Origin: Candidatus Aenigmarchaeota archaeon LH_S6
GTDB taxonomy: Archaea > Aenigmatarchaeota > Aenigmatarchaeia > QMZS01
Direction: 5' to 3'
Assembly: GCA_023659935.1 (NCBI GenBank)
Contig: JAGXOK010000001.1
Location: 9,569 to 73,568, forward strand
DNA: 64,000 nt
Below are positions 28,969 to 37,604 of the stretch, in pieces. The notes beneath the pieces were generated by a model, which was not told where the DNA came from, ran no database searches, and was given only the letters and a program-made list of their open reading frames with translations. Numbering within the stretch: the stretch's first letter is position 1; each line of letters starts with the position of its first letter. The translations under genes and the position numbers were made by a program.

Positions 28969-29790
28969 ATGACCGTTTGTATATCTGCAATTTGTTGTGA
29001 TAACAAGCATGAAGATCCAAAAATTATAGTATCTTCGGATAGAATGATTACAACGGAATTGGGAGCCCCTGTCGAATATGAAGGAACAAGTACAAAAATT
29101 AGTGAACTGACCTCTAGCTGCGTTGTATTGTCGGCTGGAGTCACAACTTGGATAGAAGACCTTGTATACCGAACTAAACAAGCTATTAAAAATGAAAATA
29201 CTCTGGTTATTCGGGGAATTGCAAAAAAATGTGCTAATGCCTATATCGAGCTTATTCAAGATAATATTAAAAGACTTATTCTTAGTACTTATAATATGAG
29301 TTTTGAAGAGTTTAAAGATCAACAAAAATATAATTCTAGTTTTTTAGCAGAAGTAAACAAAAGTATTTCATTAACCAGACAAACTATAGGAGATAATTTA
29401 GCTTCATTAATTGCAGGCATTGATAAAAATGGTGCTGATATTTTTGGGATTAACAATGGCAATTTTTATCCATTTACCTCATTAGGTTACCAAGCATTAG
29501 GAAGTGGTCAAGCGTCAGCAGAATCAGTTTTTGTTCATAGGGGATATGATACTAAATGGGATCTTAAAAAAGCTATAATAACATTAATAGAAGCGAAAAA
29601 ACAAGCAGAAGAAGCTCAAGGAGTGGGAAAAAATACAGATATTGTTATTATATCAAGGGATGGAATAAAATACCTAGAAGAAGGAACAATTGAAGAACTT
29701 GAAAAAATCCACAGGGAATTAATGAATAAAATATCAGATACTAGAGATGAAGTAATTAAAGATAAATTAAATAAGTTAGATATATTATGA
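28969..29790 (+). CDS. Proteasome-beta-like Ntn-hydrolase
   Basis: M-T-V-C-I start (Thr1), SDRMIT, STKI, IAGID..GA.IF, ALGSG, GVG..TDI. Confidence 0.7.
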   Translation: MTVCISAICCDNKHEDPKIIVSSDRMITTELGAPVEYEGTSTKISELTSSCVVLSAGVTTWIEDLVYRTKQAIKNENTLVIRGIAKKCANAYIELIQDNIKRLILSTYNMSFEEFKDQQKYNSSFLAEVNKSISLTRQTIGDNLASLIAGIDKNGADIFGINNGNFYPFTSLGYQALGSGQASAESVFVHRGYDTKWDLKKAIITLIEAKKQAEEAQGVGKNTDIVIISRDGIKYLEEGTIEELEKIHRELMNKISDTRDEVIKDKLNKLDIL

Positions 29791-29927
29791 GAATGAAAAG
29801 AAGAGAAAAACTTGGTTTAAGGCACATATCCGAATTTGAGTTAATGGGTATTAGGTTTGAAGAACTCGGAGAAGAACTTGTAAAGAGGAGAGAACTGGAG
29901 AGAAAACTGGAAGAATTAAAAAAGTAA
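29787..29927 (+). CDS. Small hypothetical protein (46 aa)
   Basis: ATGA overlap with upstream gene; MRMKRREKLGLRHISEFEL... Confidence 0.4.
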   Translation: MRMKRREKLGLRHISEFELMGIRFEELGEELVKRRELERKLEELKK

Positions 29928-30085
29928 TTTTTTAATTAAAACTCTTTTTAGGCACCAAAGTCTTCTAACTTAGTTTTCATATTTTTGGAATAAATTCTTT
30001 CTTCCCTCTATTTAAGTTTTTTTCCATATGCCTCACTGTCTAAATTTGTTTTGCCTTTCTTAAATAGACCAGTGAGGCTTTAGTC

Positions 30086-30221
30086 AGCCACGGGAGGGAC
30101 TTGAACCCCCAACCTGCGGTTTACAAAACCGCTGCTCCACCAGTTACCCCAACCTTTTATTTTCCTATCGACGCTTTTTGATGGACTTAACCAATAAAAG
30201 GGTTGATTGAGCCACCGTGGC
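30086..30221 (-). tRNA. tRNA-Thr(UGU) with 63-nt intron at 15/16 (30144-30206)
   Basis: Acceptor GCCACGG/CCGTGGC; anticodon arm GCGGT-TTTGTAA-ACCGC; GGTTCAAGTCC T-arm; BHB-like GCTC-AAT/GGGT-AAC. Confidence 0.95.
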
Positions 30222-30264
30222 ATAACTCTTTTTTGATAAAATTAAATTATTTATAATTATATTT

Positions 30265-30720
30265 ATGGCAAGGATATATGCAAGAAGGAAGGGGAAAAGT
30301 GGCTCAAAAAAAGTTGTCAGATATAAGGTCCCTGAGTGGCAGAGTTTAAAAGAAAATGAGATTATCGAAACAATAATAGAACTGAAAAAAGAAGAGAAAA
30401 GCAGAGCAGAGATTGGTCTGACTTTGAGAGATTCCTATGGAGTCCCATCTATAAGACTGGCAACCAATAAAAAACTCCAGAAAATTCTGGAAGAACAGGG
30501 CTTCAAAGAAGAATACCCCGAAGATTTGATGAACCTTATCAAAAAAGCTATAGACTTAAGGAAACACCTGAACAGGAATAAAAAAGATTTACACAATAAA
30601 AGAAGTTTACATCTAACAGAATCAAAAATTAGGAGACTTGGAAAATATTATATTAGAAAGAAAAAATTACCTAAAAAGTGGAAATATAAACCAGCAGAGG
30701 CTGAACTTCTTGTTAGGTAA
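30265..30720 (+). CDS. rps15: 30S ribosomal protein S15
   Basis: MARIYARRKGKSGS, LRDSYGVP, PEDL, ESKIRRL. Confidence 0.97.
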   Translation: MARIYARRKGKSGSKKVVRYKVPEWQSLKENEIIETIIELKKEEKSRAEIGLTLRDSYGVPSIRLATNKKLQKILEEQGFKEEYPEDLMNLIKKAIDLRKHLNRNKKDLHNKRSLHLTESKIRRLGKYYIRKKKLPKKWKYKPAEAELLVR

Positions 30721-30728
30721 TTAACTGA

Positions 30729-32201
30729 TCACCAACTATTTAAAGTTTCTCTGACCAAAAAATTCTTCATTTTCTTTTCTTTGTGATAAGCAGTCCAGTA
30801 ATAAGCTTCATCCCTTGTTCCTTTTGTAATTAAAATATAAATTTTACCTTTAATTAATCTTGCAACTCTCCCCCTTCTTTGAATGCTTCTGATTTCAGAT
30901 GGAACTGGCTCATAAAATACTGCTGTTCCAACCCCTTTTATATCAAGACCTTCTTCCCCTATTGAAGTGCAAATAAGACAATTGTAAAATCCCTCCTCAA
31001 AATCCCTTATAATTCTAACCTGTTCTTTCTGGCTCAACCCGGATTTTTGGCCAATCAAGATCCCAACTTTTGCACCTTCCACTTCTTTTAATTTCTTTAC
31101 AATTTCATCAACACTCACCCTATATTGTGTAAATATAATCACCTTTTTGTCCAATTCCTTAGAAACAATTTTCATCAGTTTTTCTAATTTTGGGTGTCCT
31201 CCAAGTCCTGAGACTTTTTTATTAAAAATTTTAAATTCTGAATCAAAAAATAGTTTTTGTGAGGCTTTAGTTTTTTCTTTCTCAAGTTTTTTCAGATATT
31301 CTCTCAATTGTTTCGCTCCCTGCATCTCAAGTAGTTCTAAACAATAATCCAATTTAATTAGTTCAGCAACTTTAGAGACTGCAAAAAACAACTCTTTTCT
31401 TTTTGATTGTTTTGCTTTTTTTGAATAAAAATTCTGAAAATCAAGCAACATTTTCTTTGAGACCCTCTTTGTCGGCAAAGCTCCAATTTTAAATAAATAT
31501 TCAACTTTTTTATTAAAAATTCTTTCAAGCAATTTCTTGGCAGTTTTGTAGTCCTCAGGCAATTCTGTTTCTATTCTTTCTACTTCCTTTTCCTTTACAT
31601 ACTTTTTTACTTCTTTATCTTTTTCTACTCTTGATTCAACCTGCTCAATAAACAGATTGCTTTTTATCTCTCCAATTTTTTTTGCTTTTCCTCCTGGAGA
31701 AGCAGTCAAACCCAAAATTAAAGGATTCTTAGACTCTTTAATATATTTCTGTGCAATACTAGTATAAGCATAATTTCCAATAGAATGGTGTGCCTCATCA
31801 ACAATCAACAAAATAAAATCTTTTAAATCTATTATCCTATTTTTAATATCATTCTCTATTGTCTGAGGGGTTGCAAACACAACTCTTGCCCTCTTATATT
31901 CTTTTTCTCTTTTTTCTGGTTTCACCACACCCGTAAAAACTTTCAAATCTGCAAGTTCAGACATATTTTCAAAAGTTTTTTTATGTTGCTCTATTAAAGG
32001 TTTTGTTGGGGATAAAAATAAAATCTTTCCATCCAATTTGTTTAATCTTTCAGCAGTAACGAGCAAAGCAATTGGGGTTTTACCCAGACCTGTTGGCAAA
32101 ACAACCAGAGTATTCTTCTCTAAACAATTCTTTGTAATCTCAGTCTGGTAATCTCTGATTTCCAATTTATTCTTTTTGATTAATGGATGTGAGACAAACA
32201 T
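30729..32201 (-). CDS. hef: Hef/FANCM-like helicase, helicase part only
   Basis: RDYQ, LPTGLGKT, DEAHH, GLTASPG, EEGLDI, IQRRGR; no ERCC4 nuclease domain. Confidence 0.88.
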   Translation of the reverse strand: MFVSHPLIKKNKLEIRDYQTEITKNCLEKNTLVVLPTGLGKTPIALLVTAERLNKLDGKILFLSPTKPLIEQHKKTFENMSELADLKVFTGVVKPEKREKEYKRARVVFATPQTIENDIKNRIIDLKDFILLIVDEAHHSIGNYAYTSIAQKYIKESKNPLILGLTASPGGKAKKIGEIKSNLFIEQVESRVEKDKEVKKYVKEKEVERIETELPEDYKTAKKLLERIFNKKVEYLFKIGALPTKRVSKKMLLDFQNFYSKKAKQSKRKELFFAVSKVAELIKLDYCLELLEMQGAKQLREYLKKLEKEKTKASQKLFFDSEFKIFNKKVSGLGGHPKLEKLMKIVSKELDKKVIIFTQYRVSVDEIVKKLKEVEGAKVGILIGQKSGLSQKEQVRIIRDFEEGFYNCLICTSIGEEGLDIKGVGTAVFYEPVPSEIRSIQRRGRVARLIKGKIYILITKGTRDEAYYWTAYHKEKKMKNFLVRETLNSW

Positions 32202-32203
32202 TA

Positions 32204-33142
32204 TTATAATTGATAAGAACTAATTGTTTCTTTCACAGCTTCTCTGACAGCCTGTTTTGATGAACTTCTTGGCTTAAAACCTAATTTTTCTAATTTAGAA
32301 ATATCTAAAAGCATTTCCTTAACATCACCTTTCCATCCTTTTCCATTATCAACTCCACCTGTGAATTTAAATTTCGGTTTTTTCTGAAGTAATCCTGAGG
32401 AAATCATCTCTTCAACAACAATTTCTGCAATTTCTTTCACATTTGTCTTGTCTCTACTTCCAAGGTTGAATATATTAATCAAATCTTTTGCTTTATCTCT
32501 TGCCATAAGCATTCCATTTATACAATCACTAACAGAGAGATAACTTTTTGTCTGTTTTCCATCACCTAAAATTTTTAATTCTTCTTTATTTTTTGAGAGT
32601 TTTCTAACAAAGTCATAAATCACACCATGGGTAGAGTTTTTTCCAATTATATTTGCAAGTCTGAAAAGGAAGCCCTGAATTTTATAGAGGGAGCAGTAGT
32701 TTGAAATCAGGGATTCACAAGCGAGCTTTGTACCTCCATAAAAAGAGATTGGTTTTGTTTCGCAGTTTTCTGGTGTGTTTAATTTAGATTCTCCATAAAC
32801 AGTGGAACTTGAAGTAAATAAAATTCTCTTGACTTTATTTTTTCTACAAGCTTCAAGAACATTTTTTGTTATTTCCAGATCCCTAAAAAAAGTTTCTATT
32901 GAAGAATCCTTTACAGAAGGGTCTGCTGCCAAATGCCAAACTTCTTCAACCCCAGAAAAATAATCATTTACATTATTTAATAAATCAACTTTGTAGAATT
33001 TTATTTTATCAAGAAAAGGTTCTATGAATTCCTTCCTGCCTCCAGATAAATTGTCAATTACAATTAGTTCATTTTTCTCAGCTAATTTTTCAATTAAGTT
33101 TGAGCCAATAAAACCTGCACCTCCTGTTATTAGGATTTTCAT
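32204..33142 (-). CDS. NAD-dependent epimerase/dehydratase (UDP-glucose 4-epimerase-like)
   Basis: TGGAGFIGS, SSSTVYG, YGGTK, GWKGDV. Confidence 0.92.
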   Translation of the reverse strand: MKILITGGAGFIGSNLIEKLAEKNELIVIDNLSGGRKEFIEPFLDKIKFYKVDLLNNVNDYFSGVEEVWHLAADPSVKDSSIETFFRDLEITKNVLEACRKNKVKRILFTSSSTVYGESKLNTPENCETKPISFYGGTKLACESLISNYCSLYKIQGFLFRLANIIGKNSTHGVIYDFVRKLSKNKEELKILGDGKQTKSYLSVSDCINGMLMARDKAKDLINIFNLGSRDKTNVKEIAEIVVEEMISSGLLQKKPKFKFTGGVDNGKGWKGDVKEMLLDISKLEKLGFKPRSSSKQAVREAVKETISSYQL

Positions 33143-33165
33143 AAAATATCTTCTAAAATATAGTT

Positions 33166-34695
33166 ATGAGAAAAATAATTTTAGTTATAATGGATGGTTG
33201 GGGAATTGCTCCTCCTAGTACAGGAAATTATATTTCTCAGGCAAAAACACCAAATTTTGATTATCTCTTAAAAAATTTTCCTTCTACTCAAAATAAAGCT
33301 TCTGGAGAATCTGTTGGTCTTCCTAAGGGTACTCAGGGGAATTCTGAAGTCGGGCATCTTCATATAGGGGCTGGAAGAGTTGTATTACAGATGTATAAAA
33401 AGATTAATAGAGAAATTAGAAACAAAGATTTTTTTAAAAACAAAGTTTTGATAAAGGCAGTAGATTTTGCAAAGAAAAATTATTCAAGTTTACATTTGAT
33501 TGGTCTTTGCTCTGATGAAGGAGTACACGCGCACATAGATCATTTGATTGCTTTAATTCAAATTGCAAAGAGAAGAGAGGTGAAAAAAGTTTTTATTCAT
33601 TTTATTGCAGACGGGAGAGATGTTCATGAAAAATCTGCGAAGAAATACATAAAAATTATAGAGAGGGAAACAAGAAAACTAAAATTAGGGAAGATAGCAA
33701 CCGTTGTTGGAAGATATTATAGTATGGATAGGGACAAAAACTGGAACAGAACAAAAAAGGCTTATAGATTGCTGACCTTGGGAGAAGGTTTTAAGGCAAA
33801 AAGCGGAATAGAAGCAGTAGAGAAAGCTTACAAAAGAGGAGACAAAACAGATTATTATATAAAACCAACTATTATTGTTGATAAAAATAAAAAACCAGTT
33901 TCTTTGATAAAAGACAAGGATTCTGTGATATTTTTTAATTTCAGAACAGACAGACCAAGACAATTAACTAAAGCCTTTATCTCTAAAAAATTTGATAAGT
34001 TTGAAAGAGAAAATCACCCTAAGATTTTATTTACAACAATGACAGAATATAGTAAAACTTTCAACTGTCCCTTTGCTTTTGAGGAAGAAGTTGTAAAAAA
34101 TAATCTTGGCCAGATTTTGGCAAAACACAACTTAAAACAGCTTAGGTTTGCTGAAACAGAAAAATATGCTCATGTAACTTATTTCTTTAATTCACAGGTT
34201 GAGAAACTAAATAAAGGAGAAAAAAGAATTTTAATTCCTTCTCCAAAAGTTCCCTCTTATGATAAAAAACCAGAGATGTCTGCTTATAAAATAACAGAGG
34301 AGTTAGTAAAACAAATTAAAAAGAAAAAATATGAGTTTATTTTAGTCAATTTTGCTAATTGTGATTTGGTTGGTCATTCTGCAGTAAAAAAAGCAATTAT
34401 AAAAGCAGTTGAAATAGTTGATGATAATACAGGAAAAGTTGTAAAAGTAGGATTGGAAAATGATTATACTCTTATTTTAACTGCAGACCATGGAAGTGCA
34501 GAAGACAAACTATATCCAGATGGAAAACCAAAACCCTCACACTCAACAAACCCTGTAAATTTTATAGTTGTCTCAAATGATTTGAAAAAAATAAAGCTTG
34601 GTAGAGGAGGACAGAAAGATGTTGCACCAACTATTTTAGATTTGATAGGGATAAAAAAGCCAAAGGAGATGACAGGAAAAACGTTAATTTTATAA
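33166..34695 (+). CDS. gpmI: 2,3-bisphosphoglycerate-independent phosphoglycerate mutase
   Basis: DGWG, GNSEVGH, DGRD, AETEKYAHVT, DLVGH, TADHG. Confidence 0.96.
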   Translation: MRKIILVIMDGWGIAPPSTGNYISQAKTPNFDYLLKNFPSTQNKASGESVGLPKGTQGNSEVGHLHIGAGRVVLQMYKKINREIRNKDFFKNKVLIKAVDFAKKNYSSLHLIGLCSDEGVHAHIDHLIALIQIAKRREVKKVFIHFIADGRDVHEKSAKKYIKIIERETRKLKLGKIATVVGRYYSMDRDKNWNRTKKAYRLLTLGEGFKAKSGIEAVEKAYKRGDKTDYYIKPTIIVDKNKKPVSLIKDKDSVIFFNFRTDRPRQLTKAFISKKFDKFERENHPKILFTTMTEYSKTFNCPFAFEEEVVKNNLGQILAKHNLKQLRFAETEKYAHVTYFFNSQVEKLNKGEKRILIPSPKVPSYDKKPEMSAYKITEELVKQIKKKKYEFILVNFANCDLVGHSAVKKAIIKAVEIVDDNTGKVVKVGLENDYTLILTADHGSAEDKLYPDGKPKPSHSTNPVNFIVVSNDLKKIKLGRGGQKDVAPTILDLIGIKKPKEMTGKTLIL

Positions 34696-34751
34696 ATTTA
34701 GAAATATTCCAAATAGATCTATTATTTTTTAAATAATTTGTTAATCAATTT

Positions 34752-35033
34752 ATGGAAGAAATAAATCTTGAAGTGGCAATTACAAAAGTAAAGAATTTTT
34801 TTGCAGAATTAAAAGGTGTTGATTTAAAGGTTGAAGGAAATATAAAATTGATAGATTTACTTGATTTTGATGTTTTGAAAACTGAAGAAACTAAAGAAGA
34901 ATTCATTATCAATTGTGAAGTTAAAGAAAATTTGTTTTCTCCCAAAAAATTGGAATATAAAATTGAAGTAGACAAGAAAACTGGAGAAATTAAAAATGTT
35001 GAGAAAAATCCGGTTCACACTGATATTGAATGA
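34752..35033 (+). CDS. Hypothetical protein, possible partner of PIN gene
   Basis: ATGA overlap with downstream PIN gene. Confidence 0.6.
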   Translation: MEEINLEVAITKVKNFFAELKGVDLKVEGNIKLIDLLDFDVLKTEETKEEFIINCEVKENLFSPKKLEYKIEVDKKTGEIKNVEKNPVHTDIE

Positions 35034-35488
35034 AAAATGAGATTGTTCTGGATACAAAACCAGCCTTGATGGTACTAGCTGAAATTTTTAGAGTAAGTTC
35101 CAATTCAGATAGGATTACAAAAAAGTATGGTGAAGGAAAGTGTAGATTACTTTGGGAATTTTTAAAAAACAAAGAAATTTCAACAATTCCTCAAGTTTTT
35201 TCAGAAGTTTATTCCTTTGTCAAAAATATAGATGAGAATTTAACAAAAATTTTTTTGAGAAACCTAAAACAAACTTTTAAAGAAGGAATAAGAGAGATTT
35301 ACATTGGGAAAGATGAAATAATTGTAGATAAAAAATTTGAGGATCTTGGGTTTACTGATATTGGATTAGTAGAAGCATCAAAAAATAAGTGCTTGTTAAC
35401 ATCTGATGAGAATCTCTATTTATATGCTAGAAATAGAGGAATTAATGCAAAACACTCAGATGAAATCTTTTTCAAACCTGGAAAATAA
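35030..35488 (+). CDS. PIN-domain protein (VapC-like)
   Basis: IVLDT, VFSEV, LGFTD, LLTSDENL. Confidence 0.8.
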   Translation: MKNEIVLDTKPALMVLAEIFRVSSNSDRITKKYGEGKCRLLWEFLKNKEISTIPQVFSEVYSFVKNIDENLTKIFLRNLKQTFKEGIREIYIGKDEIIVDKKFEDLGFTDIGLVEASKNKCLLTSDENLYLYARNRGINAKHSDEIFFKPGK

Positions 35489-35489
35489 A

Positions 35490-36101
35490 TTATTTATTTT
35501 TATTATTTTTTTCTTCAAGAATTTTTTTAATAGATTCCTCATCTTCAAGACGTTTTGTGGTTTCCTCATCACCTTCAACAGCATCTTTATATAATTCAAG
35601 TCTTAACTTATAAGGGATATCTTGGATAATAGGTGGGTTCCTACGCAACCATCTTTCAAAACTCTCTTTACTTTCAAATGCATCTTTCCATTTATTAGGA
35701 TCAGAATTATATTCCTGCTCGTAACAACTTCTTTCATATTCCTTCAGTTCTTTTCTGGTAGGGTCTCTATCACCAATTTTATTTTGAACTTCTTTGGCAA
35801 CTTTTACAGAATGCCTTGCTGAGTATCCTTTAAATTTTTCTCTATTTTTTTCCATTTTAATATAATTTTTTTGTTTCTCTTCTAGTTCTTGTAAACCTAC
35901 TTGCAAATCTTCAGTAGAAACACCAACCCTTTTTCCTAACTCTATCGCTTTTTCCCCATATTTTTTTGCATTCTTATAATGTAATCTTCCAACATAGTAT
36001 CTATCTCCTTTTATATATCTCTCAAACTCTTGTTTAAACTCTTCAAATTTATCTTGAAATGACCATTTATTCCACCCATACTTAATCTTAAGTGTCACCA
36101 T
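35490..36101 (-). CDS. Hypothetical protein
   Basis: 203-aa charged ORF. Confidence 0.6.
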   Translation of the reverse strand: MVTLKIKYGWNKWSFQDKFEEFKQEFERYIKGDRYYVGRLHYKNAKKYGEKAIELGKRVGVSTEDLQVGLQELEEKQKNYIKMEKNREKFKGYSARHSVKVAKEVQNKIGDRDPTRKELKEYERSCYEQEYNSDPNKWKDAFESKESFERWLRRNPPIIQDIPYKLRLELYKDAVEGDEETTKRLEDEESIKKILEEKNNKNK

Positions 36102-36165
36102 AATAAAACAATATTAATATATTAATATACAATTGATGTGAATCCTCCAAAATTGTTAGTTTAGT

Positions 36166-37188
36166 TTATTTAATCTGTTCTCTCCATTCTTTTACAAACC
36201 CACTTAAAATATATCTTGTATTTCTAAGTTCTTCAAGATTTTTAGCTCCAACCAAAAACATCACTATTTTTAATTCCTTTTCTAATTCATCAATATATTT
36301 TAAAACTCCCATCTCACCTTCTTTCTCATAAATTTTTAAAAAAGGGAGAGCAATCCCGCAGATTTTTGCTCCAAGAGTTAAAGATTTTGCAATGTCTACT
36401 CCATTTCTTATTCCCCCGCTTGAAATCAAATCAATTCCAAGATTTTTTAATTCTAATAGGGAGCATGGGGTTGGAATTCCAAAATTTAAGAGATTATCTG
36501 AAATTTTTCCACCCCTTAATTTTTCAACTTTTATCCAGTTTGTTCCCCCTGTTCCTGAAACATCTATTCCTCTAACTCCACAATCTTTTACTATTTCACC
36601 AACCTCTCTGCTGATTCCCAGGCCAACCTCTTTTACAACAACAGGATATTTTATCCTCTCAACAACTTTTTTTAAATTTTTAGCAGAATTTTTAAAATCT
36701 AAATTACCCCCTATTTGTGTAACTTCCTGAGCAGGATTTAAATGAACAAACAAAGCATCTGCCCCAAATTTATCTAGTGCTTCTTCTATTTCTTTAATTT
36801 TCATTTCTTTTAAATTAACTATTCCAATATTTCCAAAAATTAAAGTAGAAGGAGCAACATCCCTCACAAAGTAAGTTTCATCCAATTTTTTATTTTCAAT
36901 TATCGCCCTCTGTGAACCCAAAGCAAAACCTATTTTTTTCTTTTCAGCAATTTTAGCAAGAGTCTTATTTATTTCCCTGGCTTCTTCTGTTCCTCCGGTT
37001 AGAGAAGAGATTATTAGCGGTAAATTAAGTTTTTTCCCCAAAAAATTAGTTTTGGTATCTATTTTCCTAAAATCAATATCTGGCAGAGCATTATAAACCA
37101 AGTTAATATCATTAAAATAGTTTTTTCCTTCAACTTCTTTATTTAAACAAATCTCCAGATGCTCCTTTTTTCTTTTTGATATTTTCAT
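36166..37188 (-). CDS. fni: Isopentenyl-diphosphate delta-isomerase type 2 (FMN-dependent)
   Basis: RKKEH, LTGG, GSQRA, HLNPAQE, KEVG.G, GGTNW, SGGIRNG. Confidence 0.96.
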   Translation of the reverse strand: MKISKRKKEHLEICLNKEVEGKNYFNDINLVYNALPDIDFRKIDTKTNFLGKKLNLPLIISSLTGGTEEAREINKTLAKIAEKKKIGFALGSQRAIIENKKLDETYFVRDVAPSTLIFGNIGIVNLKEMKIKEIEEALDKFGADALFVHLNPAQEVTQIGGNLDFKNSAKNLKKVVERIKYPVVVKEVGLGISREVGEIVKDCGVRGIDVSGTGGTNWIKVEKLRGGKISDNLLNFGIPTPCSLLELKNLGIDLISSGGIRNGVDIAKSLTLGAKICGIALPFLKIYEKEGEMGVLKYIDELEKELKIVMFLVGAKNLEELRNTRYILSGFVKEWREQIK

Positions 37189-37196
37189 AATATGTT

Positions 37197-37337
37197 ATGA
37201 AGAAAGGTTTAACAATGGGTGTACTATTTTGGGTACTTATATTTTTTATAGTACTTATTGTTTTTGTCTCTCTTGCCCTGTGGAGTAAAGGTTTTGGTTT
37301 AAATATTTTAAGTGCTTTATTAGGCTCAGTACCTTAG
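37197..37337 (+). CDS. Tiny pilin-like peptide (46 aa), class III signal
   Basis: MKKG/LTMGVLFWVLIFFIVLIVFV... Confidence 0.6.
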   Translation: MKKGLTMGVLFWVLIFFIVLIVFVSLALWSKGFGLNILSALLGSVP

Positions 37338-37338
37338 T

Positions 37339-37434
37339 ATGGGGAATATAGGTTTGATAATATTATATGTTGTTTTGGGTTTAGTGTTTATTCTCCTTGT
37401 ATTTTCTGTTGGTTCAGCCCTCTCTTTAATATGA
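37339..37434 (+). CDS. Tiny hydrophobic peptide (31 aa)
   Basis: MGNIGLIILYVVLGLVFILLVFSVGSALSLI, starts 1 nt after previous stop. Confidence 0.45.
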   Translation: MGNIGLIILYVVLGLVFILLVFSVGSALSLI

Positions 37435-37452
37435 AAAGAGTTTTTTTTTGCT

Positions 37453-37489
37453 TGAGCCTTTTTAGTAAACTTAACCAACAAAAGGCTTA
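37453..37489. repeat. Dispersed palindromic module
   Basis: tgagcctttttagtaaacttaaccaacaaaaggctta; same stem and ttaaccaa loop as 26551 copies. Confidence 0.8.
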
Positions 37490-37490
37490 T

Positions 37491-37604
37491 ATGAAAGGAA
37501 TAACTATCGATATGATTGCGAGTATTATAATTTTATTTATGGTTTTTATAATCCTTACTGTAATTTTTATAGCAATGGGTAATGCAATACCATCCCCAAC
37601 ATGA
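37491..37604 (+). CDS. Tiny pilin-like peptide (37 aa), class III signal
   Basis: MKG/ITIDMIASIIILFMVFIIL...; ATGA overlap with next gene. Confidence 0.6.
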   Translation: MKGITIDMIASIIILFMVFIILTVIFIAMGNAIPSPT

